The translations under genes were made by a program, and so were the position numbers. Shown here piece by piece: positions 35,201 through 52,600 of a stretch of 64,000 bases of DNA; within the stretch, counting starts at the first letter, position 1, and every line of letters starts with the position of its first letter. This stretch comes from Eledone cirrhosa (Eukaryota). The stretch covers positions 32,612,001 through 32,676,000 of the forward strand of contig OZ024747.1 in NCBI GenBank assembly GCA_964016885.1. The letters are read 5' to 3'. A model generated the notes under the pieces. That model did no database searches. It was given only the letters and a program-made list of their open reading frames with translations, and was not told the origin of the DNA.

Positions 35201-38200
35201 TACCAACATTATCATCATTATCAACATTACCATCATTATCAACATTATCATCATTACCAACATTACCAACATTACCATCATTACCATCATTACCAACATT
35301 ATAATCATCACCAACATTACCAACATTATCATCATTATTAACATTACCTACAGTATCATTATCACCAACATTACCAACATTACCATCATTACCATCATTA
35401 CCAACATTACCAACATTATCATCATTACCAATATTACTATCATTACCAACATTACCAACATTATCATCATTACCAACATAATCATCATTACCAACATTAC
35501 CTACATTACCATCATTACCATCATTACCAACATTACCAACATTACCAACATTACCATCATTACCAACATTACCATCATTACCAACATTACCAACATTACC
35601 AACATCATCATCATTACCATCATTACCAACATTACCAACATCATCATCATTACCAACATTACCAACATTACCAACATTACCATCATTACCAACATTACCA
35701 TCATTATCATCATTACCAATATTATCATTATTACCAATATTACCATCATTACCAACATTATCATCATTACCAATATTACCATCATTATCATCATTAGCAA
35801 CATTACCAACATTATCAACATTAACAACATTATCATCATTACCATCATTGCTACATTATCATCATTATCATCACTACCAACATTACCATCATGACCAACA
35901 TTATCATCATTAACATCATTATCTTAATTATCATCGTTACCAACATTATCATCATTACCATAATTACTATCATTACCAACATTATCATCATTATCATCAT
36001 TACCAACATTATCATCATAACCAACATTATCATAATTACTAACGTTGTCATCATTACCATCATTACCATCATTACCACATTATCATCATTACCAACATTA
36101 CCAGCATTACCATCATTACCATCATTGCCAACATTTTCACCATTACCAACATTATCATCATTACAGTCATTATCATCATTACCAACATTATCATCATAAC
36201 CAACATTACCATCATTACCAACATTATCATCATTACCATCATTACCAACATTATCATCATTATCAACATTACCATCATTATCAACATTATCATCATTACC
36301 AACATTACTAACATTACCATCATTACCATCATGACCAATATTACCATCATTACCAACATTATCATCATCACCAACATTATCGTCATTATTAACATTACCT
36401 ACAGTATCATTATCACCAACATTACCAACATTATCATCATTACTAACATTACCAACATTACCATCAATACCATCATTACCAACATTACCAACATTACGAT
36501 CATTACCAACATTACCAACATTACCATCATTATCATCATTACCAACAGTGCCAACATTATCATCATGACCAAAATTACCAACATTATCATCGTTACCATC
36601 ATTGCCAACATTATCATCATTACCAACATTATCACCATTACCAACATTGCCAACATTATCATCGTTAACAACATTACCAACATTATCATCATTACCAACA
36701 TTACCAATATTATTATCATTACCAACATTATCATCATTACCAATATTACCAACATTACCAACATTACCAACATTACCAACATTATCATCATTACCTACAT
36801 TATCATCATTACCATCATTACCAACATTACCAACATTACCATCATTACCAACATTACCATCATTACCAACATTACCAACATTATCATCATTACCAACACT
36901 ATCATTATTACCAATATTACCATCATTATCAACATTATCATCATTACCATCAATATCATGATTACCAACATCACCATCATTACCAACATTACCAACATTA
37001 CCAACCTTACAAACATTATCATCATTACCAATATTACCATCATTATCATCATTACCAACATTATCATCATTACCAACATTATGATCATTACCATCATTAT
37101 CATCGTTACCATCATTACCATCATTATCATCATTACCAACATTACCAACATTACCAACATTATCAACATTAACAACATTATCAACATTAACAACATTATC
37201 ATCACTACCATCATTATCACCATTATCAACATTATCATCATTACCAACATTACCAACATTACCATCATTACCAACATTACCAACATTATCATCATTACCA
37301 ACATTATCATCATTACCATCATTACCAACATTATCATCATTACCATCATTACCAACATTACCAACATTACCATCATTACCATCATTACCAACATTATCAT
37401 CATTACCATCATTACCAACATTATCATCATTACCATCATTACCAACATTACCAACATTACCATCATTACCAACATTACTATCATTACCAACATTACCAAC
37501 ATTACCATCATTACCAACATTACAAACATTATCATCATTACCATCATTACCAACATTACCATCATTATCATCATTACCAACATTACTATCATTACCAACA
37601 TTACCAACATTACCAACATTATCATCATTACCATCATTACCATCATTACCAACATTACCATAATTATCATCATTACCAACATTATCATTATTACCAATAT
37701 TACCATCATTACCAACATTATCATCATTACCATCAATATCATCATTACCAACATCACCATCATTACTAACATTACCAAGATTACCAACATTATCAACAAT
37801 ATCATCATTATCATCATTACCAACATTATCATCATTACCAACATTATCATCATAACCAACATTATCATCATAACCAACATTATCATCATTACCAACATTA
37901 CCATCATTATCATCATTACCAACATTATCATCATTACCATCATTACTACATTATCATCATTACCATCATGACCAACATTATCATCATTATCATCGTTACA
38001 ATCATTACCATCATTACCATCATTACCAACATTACTATCATTACCAACATTACCAACATTACCATCATTACCAACATTATCATCATTATCAACATTACCA
38101 ACATTATCATCATTACCAATATTACCATCATTACCAACATTACCAAAATTACCAACATTACCAACATTATCATCATTACCAATATTACCATCATTACCAA

Positions 38201-40230
38201 CATTATCATCATTAGCATCATTACCAACATTACCAATATTACCATCATTACCAACATTACCAACATTACCAACATTACCAACAATATCATCATTACGAAC
38301 ATTATCATCATTACCATCATTACCAACATTACCATCATTACCATCATTACCAACATTACTATCATTACCAACATTACCAACATTACCATCATTACCAACA
38401 TTACAAACATTATCATCATTACCATCATTACCAACATTACCATCATTATCATCATTACCAACATTATCATTATTACCAATATTACCATCATTACCAACAT
38501 TATCATCATTACCATCAATATCATCATTACCAACATCACCATCATTACCAACATTATCATCATTACCAACATTACCATCATTATCAATATCAACATTATC
38601 ATCATTACCAACATTAGCATCATTACCAACATTATCATCATTACCATCATTACCAACATTATCATCATTATCAACATTACCATCATTATCAACATTATCA
38701 TCATTACCAACATTACCAACATTACCATCATTACCATCATGATCAACATTACCATCATTACCAACATTATTATCATCACCAACATTACCAACATTATTGT
38801 CATTATTAACATGACCTACAGTATCATTATCACCAACATTACCAACATTATCATCATTACTAACATTACCAACATTACCATCATTACTATCATTACCAAC
38901 ATTACCAACATTACGATCATTACCAACATTACCAACATTATCATTATTACCATCATTAACAACATTATCATTATTACCATCATTATCATCATTACCAACA
39001 TCATCATCATGACCAACATTACCAAAATTATCATCGTTACCATCATTACCATCATTATCATCATTACCAACATTATCATCATTACTAACATTGCCAACAT
39101 TATCATCATTAACAACATTACCAACATAATCATCATTACCAACATTACCAACATTACCATCATTACCAACATTACTAACATTATCATCATTACCAACATT
39201 ACCAACACTATCATTATTACCAACATTATCTCATTACCATCATTATCATCATTACCAACATTATCATTATTACCATCATTATCATCATTACCAACATTAT
39301 CAAAATTATCATCATTACCATCATTATCATCATTACCAACATTATCAACATTATCATCATTAGCAACATTACCAATATTATTATCATTACCAACATTACC
39401 AACATTATAATCATTACCATCATTATCAACATTACCAACATTATCATCGTTACCATCATTATCATCATTACCATCATTACCAACATTACCAACATTATCA
39501 ACGTTACCAACATTACCAACATTATCATCATTACCAAGATCATCATCATTACCATCATTACCAACATTATCATCATTACCATCATTACCAACATTACCAA
39601 CATTACCAACATTACCAACATTACCAACATTACCAACATTATCATCATTACCAACATTATCATCATTACCATCATTACCAACATTATCATCATTACCATC
39701 ATTACCAACATTACTAACATTACCATCATTACCATCATTACCAACATTACTATCATTACCAACATTACCAACATTACCATCATTACCAACATTACAAACA
39801 TCACCATCATTACTAACATTACCAAGATTACCAACATTATCATCAATATCATCATTATCATCATTACCAACATTATCATCATAACCAACATTATCATCAT
39901 TACCAACATTATCATCATTACCATCATTACCAACATTATCATCATTATCAACATTACCATCATTATCAACATTATCATCATTACCAACATTACCAACATT
40001 ACCATCATTACCAACATTATAATCATCACCAACATTACCAACATTATCGTCATTATTAACATTACCTACAGTATCATTATCACCAACATTACCAACATTA
40101 CCATCATTACCATCATTACCAACATTACCAACATTATCATCATTACCAATATTACTATCATTACCAACATTACCAACATTATCATCATTACCAACATAAT
40201 CATCATTACCAACATTACCTACATTATCAT
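29274..40230. repeat. Diverged higher-order duplication with period ~6.5 kb (about 29274-33750 versus 35846-40230)
   Basis: Both copies start with the variant 8-mer cattgcta (29274, 35846). ORFs 29319/35891 are identical (offset 6572), as are 32297/38816 (offset 6519). Shared cttaatt (29351, 35923) and catgaccta (32291, 38810). Offsets drift mostly by whole monomers. Confidence 0.88.
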
Positions 40231-43200
40231 CATTACCATCATTACCAACATTACCAACATTACCACCATTACCATCATTACCAACATTACCATCATTACC
40301 AACATTACCAACATTACCAACATCATCATCATTACCATCATTACCAACATTACCAACATCATCATCATTACCAACATTACCAACATTACCAACATTACCA
40401 TCATTACCAACATTACCATCATTATCATCATTACCAATATTATCATTATTACCAATATTACCATCATTACCAACACTATCATCATTACCAATATTACCAT
40501 CATTATCATCATTAGCAACATTACCAACATTATCAACATTAACAACATTATCATCATTACCATCATTACTACATTATCATCATTACCAACATTACCAACA
40601 TTATCATCATTACCAACATTACCAATATTATTATCATTACCAACATTATCATCATTACCAATATTACCAACATTACCAACATTACCAACATTACCAACAT
40701 GACCAACATTATCATCATTACCTACATTATCATCATTACCATCATTACCAACATTACCAACATTACCATCATTACCAACATTACCATCATTACCAACATT
40801 ACTATCAATACCATCATTCTCATCATTACCAACATCATCATCATTACCAACATTACCATCATTACCAACATTATAATCATCACCAACATTACCAACATTA
40901 TCGTCATTATTAACATTACCTACAGTATCATTATCACCAACATTACCAACATTACCATCATTACCAATATTACCATCATTACCAACATTACCAACATTAT
41001 CATCATTACCAATATTACTATCATTACCAACATTACCAACATTATCATCATTACCAACATAATCATCATTACCAACATTACCTACATTATCATCATTACC
41101 ATCATTACCAACATTACCAACATTACCATCATTACCATCATTACCAACATTACCATCATTACCAACATTACCAACATTACCAACATCATCATCATTACCA
41201 TCATTACCAACATTACCAACATCATCATCATTACCAACATTACCAACATTACCAACATTACCATCATTACCAACATTACCATCGTTATCATCATTACCAA
41301 TATTACCATCATTACCAACACTATCATCATTACCAATATTACCATCATTATCATCATTAGCAACATTACCAACATTATCAACATTAACAACATTATCATC
41401 ATTACCATCATTACTACATTATCATCATTATCATCACTACCAACATTACCATCATGACCAACATTATCATCATTAACATCATTATCTTAATTATCATCGT
41501 TACCAACATTATCATCATTACCATAATTACTATCATTACCAACATTATCATCATTATCATCATTACCAACATTATCATCATAACCAACATTATCATAATT
41601 ACCAACGTTGTCATCATTACCATTATTACCATCATTACCACATTATCATCATTACCAACATTACCAGCATTACCATCATTACCATCATTGCCAACATTTT
41701 CACCATTACCAACATTATCATCATTACAGTCATTATCATCATTACCAACATTATCATCATAACCAACATTACCATCATTACCAACATTATCATCATTACC
41801 ATCATTACCAACATTATCATCATTATCAACATTACCATCATTATCAACATTATCATCATTACCAACATTACTAACATTACCATCATTACCATCATGACCA
41901 ATATTACCATCATTACCAACATTATCATCATCACCAACATTATCGTCATTATTAACATTACATACAGTATCATTATCACCAACATTACCAACATTATCAT
42001 CATTACTAACATTACCAACATTACCATCAATACCATCATTACCAACATTACCAACATTATGATCATTACCAACATTACCAACATTACCAACATTATCATC
42101 ATTACCAACAGTGCCAACATTATCATCATGACCAAAATTACCAACATTATCATCGTTACCATCATTGCCAACATTATCATCATTACCAACATTATCACCA
42201 TGACCAACATTGCCAACATTATCATCGTTAACAACATTACCAACATTATCATCATTACCAACATTACCAATATTATTATCATTACCAACATTATCATCAT
42301 TACCAATATTACCAACATTACCAACATTACCAACATTACCAACATTATCATCATTACCTACATTATCATCATTACCATCATTACCAACATTACCAACATT
42401 ACCAACATTACCATCATTACCAACATTACCATCATTACCAACATTACTATCAATACCATCATTCTCATCATTACCAACATCATCATCATTACCAACATTA
42501 CCAACATTACCATCATTACCAACATTACCAACATTATCATCATTACCAACACTATCGTTATTACCAATATTACCATCATTATCAACATTATCATCATTAC
42601 CATCAATATCATGATTACCAACATCACCATCATTACCAACATTACCAACATTACCAACATTATCATCATTACCAACAGTGCCAACATTATCATCATGACC
42701 AAAATTACCAACATTATCATCGTTACCATCATTGCCAACATTATCATCATTACCAACATTATCACCATGACCAACATTGCCAACATTATCATCGTTAACA
42801 ACATTACCAACATTATCATCATTACCAATATTACCATCATTATCATCATTACCAACATTATCATCATTACCAACATTATGATCATTACCATCATTATCAT
42901 CGTTACCATCATTACCATCATTATCATCATTACCAACATTACCAACATTACCAACATTATCAACATTAACAACATTATCAACATTAACAACATTATCATC
43001 AATACTATCATTACCAATATTACCAACATTATCATTATTACCAACACTATTAACCTTATCATCATTACCATCGTATCATCATTACCAACATTACCACATT
43101 ATCAACATTACGAAGATTACCATCATTACCAACATTACCATCATTACCAATATTACCATCATTATCATCATTATCATCATTACCAACATTATCATCATTA

Positions 43201-46200
43201 CCAAAATTATCATCATTAGCATCATTACCATCATTATCATCATTACCATCATTACCAACATTAACATTATCAACATTAACAAAATTATCTTCATTACCAT
43301 CATTACCAACATTACCAACATTATCATTATTACCAAAATTACCATCTTTACCAACATTATCATCATTATCATCATTACCAACATTATCATCATTACCGAC
43401 ATTATCATCATTACCATCATTACCATCATTATCATCATTACCATCATTACCAACATTAACATTATCAACATTAACAACATTATCTTCATTACCATCATTA
43501 CCAACATTACCAACATTATCATCATTACCAAAATTACCATCTTTAACAACATTATCATCATTATCATCATTACCAACATTATCATCATTACCAACATTAT
43601 CACCATTACCATCATTATCATCATTACCATCATTACCAACATTACCAACATTATCATCATTACCAATATTACCATCATTACCAACATTATCAACATTACC
43701 AACATTACCAACATTACCACCATTACCAACATTATCATCATTACCAACATTACCAACATTATCATCGTTACCAATATTACCATCATTACCAACATTACCA
43801 ACATTACCAACATTATCATCATTACCAACATTATCATCATTACCAACATTACCATCATTACCATCATTACCAACATTACCATCATTACGAACATTACCAA
43901 CATTATCATCATTACCAACATTATCATCATTACCAACATTATCATCATTACCAACATTACCATCATTACCAACATTACCATCATTACCAACATTACCAAC
44001 ATTACCATCATTACCAACATTATCATCATTACCAATATTACCAACATTACAAACATTATCATCATTACCATCATTACCATCATTACCAACATTACCATCA
44101 TTATCATCATTACCAACATTATTATTATTACCAATATTACCATCATTACCAACATTATCATCATTACCATCAATATCATCATTACCAACATCACCATCAT
44201 TACAAACATTACCAAGATTACCAACATTATCATCAATATCATCATTATCATCGTTACCAACATTATCATCATAACCAACATTATCATCATTACCAATATT
44301 ACCATCATTACCATCATTACCAACATTACCAACATTACCATCATTACCAACATTACTATCATTACCAACATTACCAACATTACCATCATTACCAACATTA
44401 CAAACATTATCATCATTACCATCATTACCAACATTACCATCATTATCATCATTACCAACATTACTATCATTACCAACATTACCAACATTACCAACATTAT
44501 CATCATTACCATCATTACCATCATTACCAACATTACCATAATTATCATCATTACCAACATTATCATTATTACCAATATTACCATCATTACCAACATTATC
44601 ATCATTACCATCAATATCATCATTACCAACATCACCATCATTACTAACATTACCAAGATTACCAACATTATCAACAATATCATCATTATCATCATTACCA
44701 ACATTATCATCATTACCAACATTATCATCATAACCAACATTATCATCATAACCAACATTATCATCATTACCAACATTACCATCATTATCATCATTACCAA
44801 CATTATCATCATTACCATCATTACTACATTATCATCATTACCATCATGACCAACATTATCATCATTATCATCGTTACAATCATTACCATTATTACCATCA
44901 TTACCAACATTACTATCATTACCAACATTACCAACATTACCATCATTACCAACATTATCATCATTATCAACATTACCAACATTATCATCATTACCAATAT
45001 TACCATCATTACCAACATTACCAAAATTACCAACATTACCAACATTATCATCATTACCAATATTACCATCATTACCAACATTATCATCATTAGCATCATT
45101 ACCAACATTACCAATATTACCATCATTACCAACATTACCAACATTACCAACATTACCAACAATATCATCATTACGAACATTATCATCATTACCATCATTA
45201 CCAACATTATCATTATTAACAATATTATCATCATTACCAACATTTTCATCATTACCATCATTATCATCGTTACAATCATTACCATCATTATCATCATTAC
45301 CAACATTACCAACATTATCATCATTACCATCATTACCAACATTACCAACATTATCATCATTACCAAAATTACAACCATTACCAACATTATCATCATTACC
45401 ATCATTACCAACATTACCAACATTACCAACATTACCAACATTATCATCATTACCAACATTATCATCATTACCAACATTACCAACATTATCATCATTACCA
45501 ATATTACCATCATTACCAACATTAACAACATTACCAACATTACCAACATTACCAACATTATCATCATTACCAATATTACCATCATTACCAACATTATCAT
45601 CATTACCATCATTACCAACATTACCAACATTACGATCATTACCAACATTACCAACATTACCATCATTATCATCATTACCAACAGTGCCAACATTATCATC
45701 ATGACCAAAATTACCAACATTATCATCGTTACCATCATTGCCATCATTATCATCATTACCAACATTATCATCATTACCAACATTGCCAACATTATCATCG
45801 TTAACAACATTACCAACATTATCATCATTACCAACATTACCAATATTATTATCATTACCAACATTACCAACATTATAATCATTACCATCATTATCAACAC
45901 TACCAACATTATCATCGTTACCATCATTATCATCATTACCAACATTATCAACATTACCACCATTACAAACATTATCATCATTACCATCATTACCAACATT
46001 ACCAACATTACCAACATTATCATCATTACCATCATTAACAATATTATCATTATTACCAATATTACCATCATTACCAACATTATCATCATTACCATCATTA
46101 TCATCATTATCATCATTACCAACATTATCATCATTACCAACATTACCAACATTACCAACAGTATCATCATTACCAATATTACCATCATTACCAACATTAC

Positions 46201-47562
46201 CAACATTACCAACATTATCATCATTACAAACATCATCGTCATTATTAACATTACCTACAGTATCATTATCACCAACATTACCAACATTATCATCATTACT
46301 AACATTACCATCATTACCATCATTACCAACATTACCAACATTACCAATATTACCATCATTACCAACATTATCATCATTACTAACATTACCATCATTACCA
46401 TCATTACCAACATTACCAACATTATCATCATTACCAACATAATCATCATTACCAACATTACCTACATTATCATCATTAACCTCATTACCAACATTATCAT
46501 CATTACCAACATTACCATCATTACCAACATTATCATCATTACCAATATTACCATCATTATCATCATTACCAACATTATCATTATTACCAATATTACCATC
46601 ATTACCAACATTATCATCATTACCAATATTACCAACATTACCATCATTATCATCATTACCAAAATTACCAATATTACCATCATTACCAACATTACAAACA
46701 TTACCAACATTACCGTCATTACCATCATTACCAACATTACCATCATTACCAACATTACCAACATTACCAACATCATCATCATTACCATCATTACCAACAT
46801 TACAAACATCATCATCATTACCAACATTACCAACATTACCAACATTACCATCATTACCATCATTACCAACACTACCATCATTACCAATATTACCATCATT
46901 ATCATCATTATCATCATTACCAACATTATCATCATTACCAAAATTATCATCATTACCATCATTATCATCATTACCATCATTACCAACATTAACATTATCA
47001 ACATTAACAAAATTATCATCATTACCATCATTACCAACATTACCAACATTATCATTATTACCAAAATTACCATCTTTACCAACATTATCATCATTACCAT
47101 CATTACCATCATTACCAACATTAACATTATCAACATTAACAACATTATCATCATTACCATCATTACCATCATTATCATCATTACCATCATTACCAACATT
47201 AACATTATCAACATTAACAACATTATCATCATTACCATCATTACCAACATTACCAACATTATCATCATCAGCAACATTATCATCATTACCAACATTACCA
47301 ACATTATCATCATTAACAATATTACCATCATTACCAACATTACCAACATAACCAACATTACCAACATTATCATCATTACCAACATTACCAACATTATCAT
47401 CATTACCAATATTACCATCATTACCAACATTACCAACATTACCAACATTATCATCATTACCAATATTACCATCATTACCATCATTACCAACATTACCATC
47501 ATTATCATCATTAACAATATTATCATTTTTACCAATATTACCATCATTACCAACATTATCAT

Positions 47563-49578
47563 CATTATCATCATTACCATCATTACCATCATTACCAACA
47601 TTATCATCATTATCATCATTACCAACATTATCATTATTACCAATATTACCATCATTACCAACATTATCATCATTACACATATTACCAACATTACCATCAT
47701 TATCATCATTACCAACATTACCAACATTACCAACATTACCAACAGTATCATCATTACCAATATTACCATCATTACCAACATTACCAACATTACCAACATT
47801 ACCAACATTATCATCATTACCAACATTATCGTCATTATTAACATTACCTACAGTATCATTATCACCAACATTACCAACATTATCATCATTACTAACATTA
47901 CCATCATTACCATCATTACCAACATTACCAACATTACCAACATTATCATCATTACCTACATTATCATCATTACCATCATTACCAACATTATCATCATTAC
48001 CAATATTACCATCATTACCAACATTACAAACATTACCAACATTACCAACATTATCATCATTACCTACATTATCATCATTATCATCATTACCAACATTATC
48101 ATCATTACAATCATTACCAACATTACCATCATTACCAACATTACCAACATTACCAACATCATCATCATTACCATCATTACCAACATTACCAACATCATCA
48201 TCATTACCAACATTACCAACATTACCAACATTACCATCGTTACCATCATTACCAACACTACCATCATTACCAACATTACAAACATTATCATCATTACCAT
48301 CATTACCATCATTACCAACATTACCATCATTATCATCATTACCAATATTATCATTATTACCAATATTACCATCATTACCAACATTATCATCATTACCAAT
48401 ATTACCATCATTATCATCATTATCATCATTACCATCATTATCATTATTACCAATATTACCATCATTACCAACATTATCATCATTACCAATATTACCAACA
48501 TTACCATCATTATCATCATTACCAACATTATCATCATTACCAACATTATCATCATTACCATAATTATCATCATTATCATCATTACCATCATTACCATCAT
48601 TACCAACATTATCATCATTATCATCATTACCAACATTATCATTATTACCAATATTACCATCATTACCAACATTATCATCATTACACATATTACCAACATT
48701 ACCATCATTATCATCATTACCAACATTACCAACATTACCAACATTACCAACAGTATCATCATTACCAATATTACCATCATTACCAACATTACCAACATTA
48801 CCAACATTACCAACATTATCATCATTACCAACATTATCGTCATTATTAACATTACCTACAGTATCATTATCACCAACATTACCAACATTATCATCATTAC
48901 TAACATTACCATCATTACCATCATTACCAACATTACCAACATTACCAACATTATCATCATTACCTACATTATCATCATTACCATCATTACCAACATTATC
49001 ATCATTACCAATATTACCATCATTACCAACATTACAAACATTACCAACATTACCAACATTATCATCATTACCTACATTATCATCATTATCATCATTACCA
49101 ACATTATCATCATTACAATCATTACCAACATTACCATCATTACCAACATTACCAACATTACCATCATCATCATCATTACCATCATTACCAACATTACCAA
49201 CATCATCATCATTACCAACATTACCAACATTACCAACATTACCATCGTTACCATCATTACCAACACTACCATCATTACCAACATTACAAACATTATCATC
49301 ATTACCATCATTACCATCATTACCAACATTACCATCATTATCATCATTACCAATATTATCATTATTACCAATATTACCATCATTACCAACATTATCATCA
49401 TTACCAATATTACCATCATTATCATCATTATCATCATTACCATCATTATCATTATTACCAATATTACCATCATTACCAACATTATCATCATTACCAATAT
49501 TACCAACATTACCATCATTATCATCATTACCAACATTATCATCATTACCAACATTATCATCATTACCATAATTATCAT
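47563..49578. repeat. Tandem duplication of a 1008-bp (112-monomer) block
   Basis: Private monomer cattacaca at 47671 and 48679. ORF ends 47844/48852 and starts 48064/49072 differ by 1008. Paired cattaccta, cattacaat, ccatcgttacc and cactaccat variants. Confidence 0.93.
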
Positions 49579-49658
49579 CGTTACAATCATTACCATCATT
49601 ATCATCATTAGCAATTTACCAACATTATCAACATTAACAACATTATCATCATTACCAT

Positions 49659-52600
49659 CATTACTACATTATCATCATTATCATCACTACCAACATTACC
49701 ATCATGACCAACATTATCATCATTAACATCATTATCATAATATGATCGTTACCAACATTACCATCATTACCATAATTACTATCATTACCAACATTATCAT
49801 CATTATCATCATTACCAACATTATCATCATAACCAACATTATCATAATTAACAACGTTGTCATCATTACCAACATTACCATCATTGCCACATTACCATCA
49901 TTACCAACATTACCATCATTACCATCATTACCATCATTACCATCATTACCAACATTTTCACCATTACCAACATTATCATCATTACAGTCATTATCATCAT
50001 TACCAATATTATCATCATAACCAACATTACCATCATTACCAAAATTATCATCATTACCATCATTATCAACATTATCATCATTATCAACATTACCATCATA
50101 ATCAACATTATCATCATTACCAACATTACCATCATTACCAACATTATCAGCATCACCAACATTACCAACATTTTCGTCATTATTAACATTACCTACAGTA
50201 TCATTACCACCAACATTACCAACATTATCATCATTACTAACATTACCAACATTACCATCATTACCATCATTACTAACCTTACCAACATTATCATCATTAC
50301 CATCATTACCAACATTACCAACATTACGATCATTACCAACATTACCAACATTACCATCATTATCATCATTACCAACAGTGCCAACATTATCATCATGACC
50401 AAAATTACCAACATTATCATCGTTACCATCATTGCCAACATTATCATCATTACCAACATTATCATCATTACAAACATTGCCAACATTATCATCGTTAACA
50501 ACATTACCAACATTATCAACATTACCAACATTACCAATATTATTATCATTACCAACATTACCAACATTATGATCATTACCATCATTATCAACATTACCAA
50601 CATTATCATCGTTACCATCATTATCATCATTACCAACATTATCAACATTACCACCATTACCAACATTATCATCATTACCTACATTATCATCATTACCAAC
50701 ATTACTATCAATACCATCATTCTCATCATTACCAATATTACCAACATTACCATCATTACCAACATTACCAACATGATCATCATTACCAACACTATCATTA
50801 TTACCAATATTACAATCATTACCAACATTATCATCATTACCATCAATATCATGATTACCAACATCACCATCATCACCATCATTACCAACATTACCAACAT
50901 TACCAACATTACCAACATTATCATCATTACCAATATTACCATCATTATCATCAATACTATCATTAGCAACATTACCAACATTATCATTATTAACAAAATT
51001 AGCATCATTACCAACATTATCATCATTATAATATTACCATCATTACCATCATTACTACATTATCATCATTATCATCACCAACATTATCATTACCATCATA
51101 TCATCATTACCAACATTACCACATTATCAACATTAACAAGATTACCATCATTACCAACATTACCATCATTACCAATATTACCATCATTATCATCATTATC
51201 ATCATTACCAACATTATCATCATTACCAAAATTATCATCATTACCATCATTATCATCATTACCATCATTACCAACATTAAGATTATCAACATTAACAAAA
51301 TTATCATCATTACCATCATTACCAACATTACCATCATTATCATTATTACCAAAATTACCATCTTTACCAACATTATCATCATTACCATCATTACCATCAT
51401 TATCAATATTAACATTATCAACATTAACAACATTATCATCATTACCATCATTACCATCATTATCATCATTACCATCATTACCAACATTAACATTATCAAC
51501 ATTAACAACATTATCATTATTACCATCATTACCAACATTACCAACATTATCATCATCAGCAACATTATCATCATTACCAACATTACCAACATTATCATCA
51601 TTAACAATATTACCATCATTACCAACATTACCAACATTACCAACATTACCAACATTATCATCATTACCAACATTACCAACATTATCATCATTACCAATAT
51701 TACCATCATTACCAACATTACCAACATTACCAACATTATCATCATTACCAACATTATCATCATTACCAACATTACCATCATTACCATCATTACCAACATT
51801 ACCATCATTACCAACATTACCAACATTATCATCATTACCATCATTACCATCATTACCAACATAACCAACAATATCATCATTACCAAGATTACCAACATTA
51901 TCATCATTACCAACATTACCATCATTCCCATCATTATCAACATTACCAACATTATCATCATTACAAACATTATCATCATTACCAACATTACCATCATTAC
52001 CATCATTACCAACATTACCATCATTACCAACATTACCAACATTACCAACATTATCATCATTACCAATATTACCAACATTACCAACATTATCATCATTACC
52101 ATCAACATCATCATTACCAACATGACCATCATTACTAACATTACCAAGATTACCAACATTATCATCAATATCATCATTATCATCATTACCAACATTATCA
52201 TCAAAACCAACATTATCATCATTACCAATATTACCATCATTATCATCATTATCACGATTACCAACATTATCATTATTACCAATATGATCATCATTACCAA
52301 CATTATCATCATTACCATCATTATCATCGTTACAATCATTACCATCATTATCATCATTACCAACATTACCAACATTATCATCATTACCATCATTACCAAC
52401 ATTACCAACATTATCATTATTACCAAAATTTCCATCATTACCAACATTATCATCATTACCATCATTACCAACATTACCAACATTACCAACATTACCAGCA
52501 ATATCATCATTACCAACATTATCATCATTACCATCATTACCAACATTACCAACATTATCATCATTACCAATATTACCATCATTACCAACATTACCAACAT

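Larger units (their letters stand above)
6814..50500. repeat. Recurrent landmark cassette CAGTGCCAA-CATTATCAT-CATGACCAA-AATTACCAA-CATTATCAT-CGTTACC... (15 dispersed copies)
   Basis: cagtgcc starts at 6814, 9316, 11602, 17677, 19648, 22220, 22895, 25431, 27402, 29956, 36546, 42109, 42676, 45682 and 50376. It appears as NSANIIIMTKIT in the + ORFs. Confidence 0.92.

Noticed and set aside
43091-48688. 1865-aa minus-strand ORF as a protein-coding gene
   Set aside because: It switches from GND/DNV to MLV/MMI repeats at the 8-bp monomer at 44819, overlaps equally long ORFs in other frames and on the other strand, and has no non-repetitive domain. It is a translation of the satellite.
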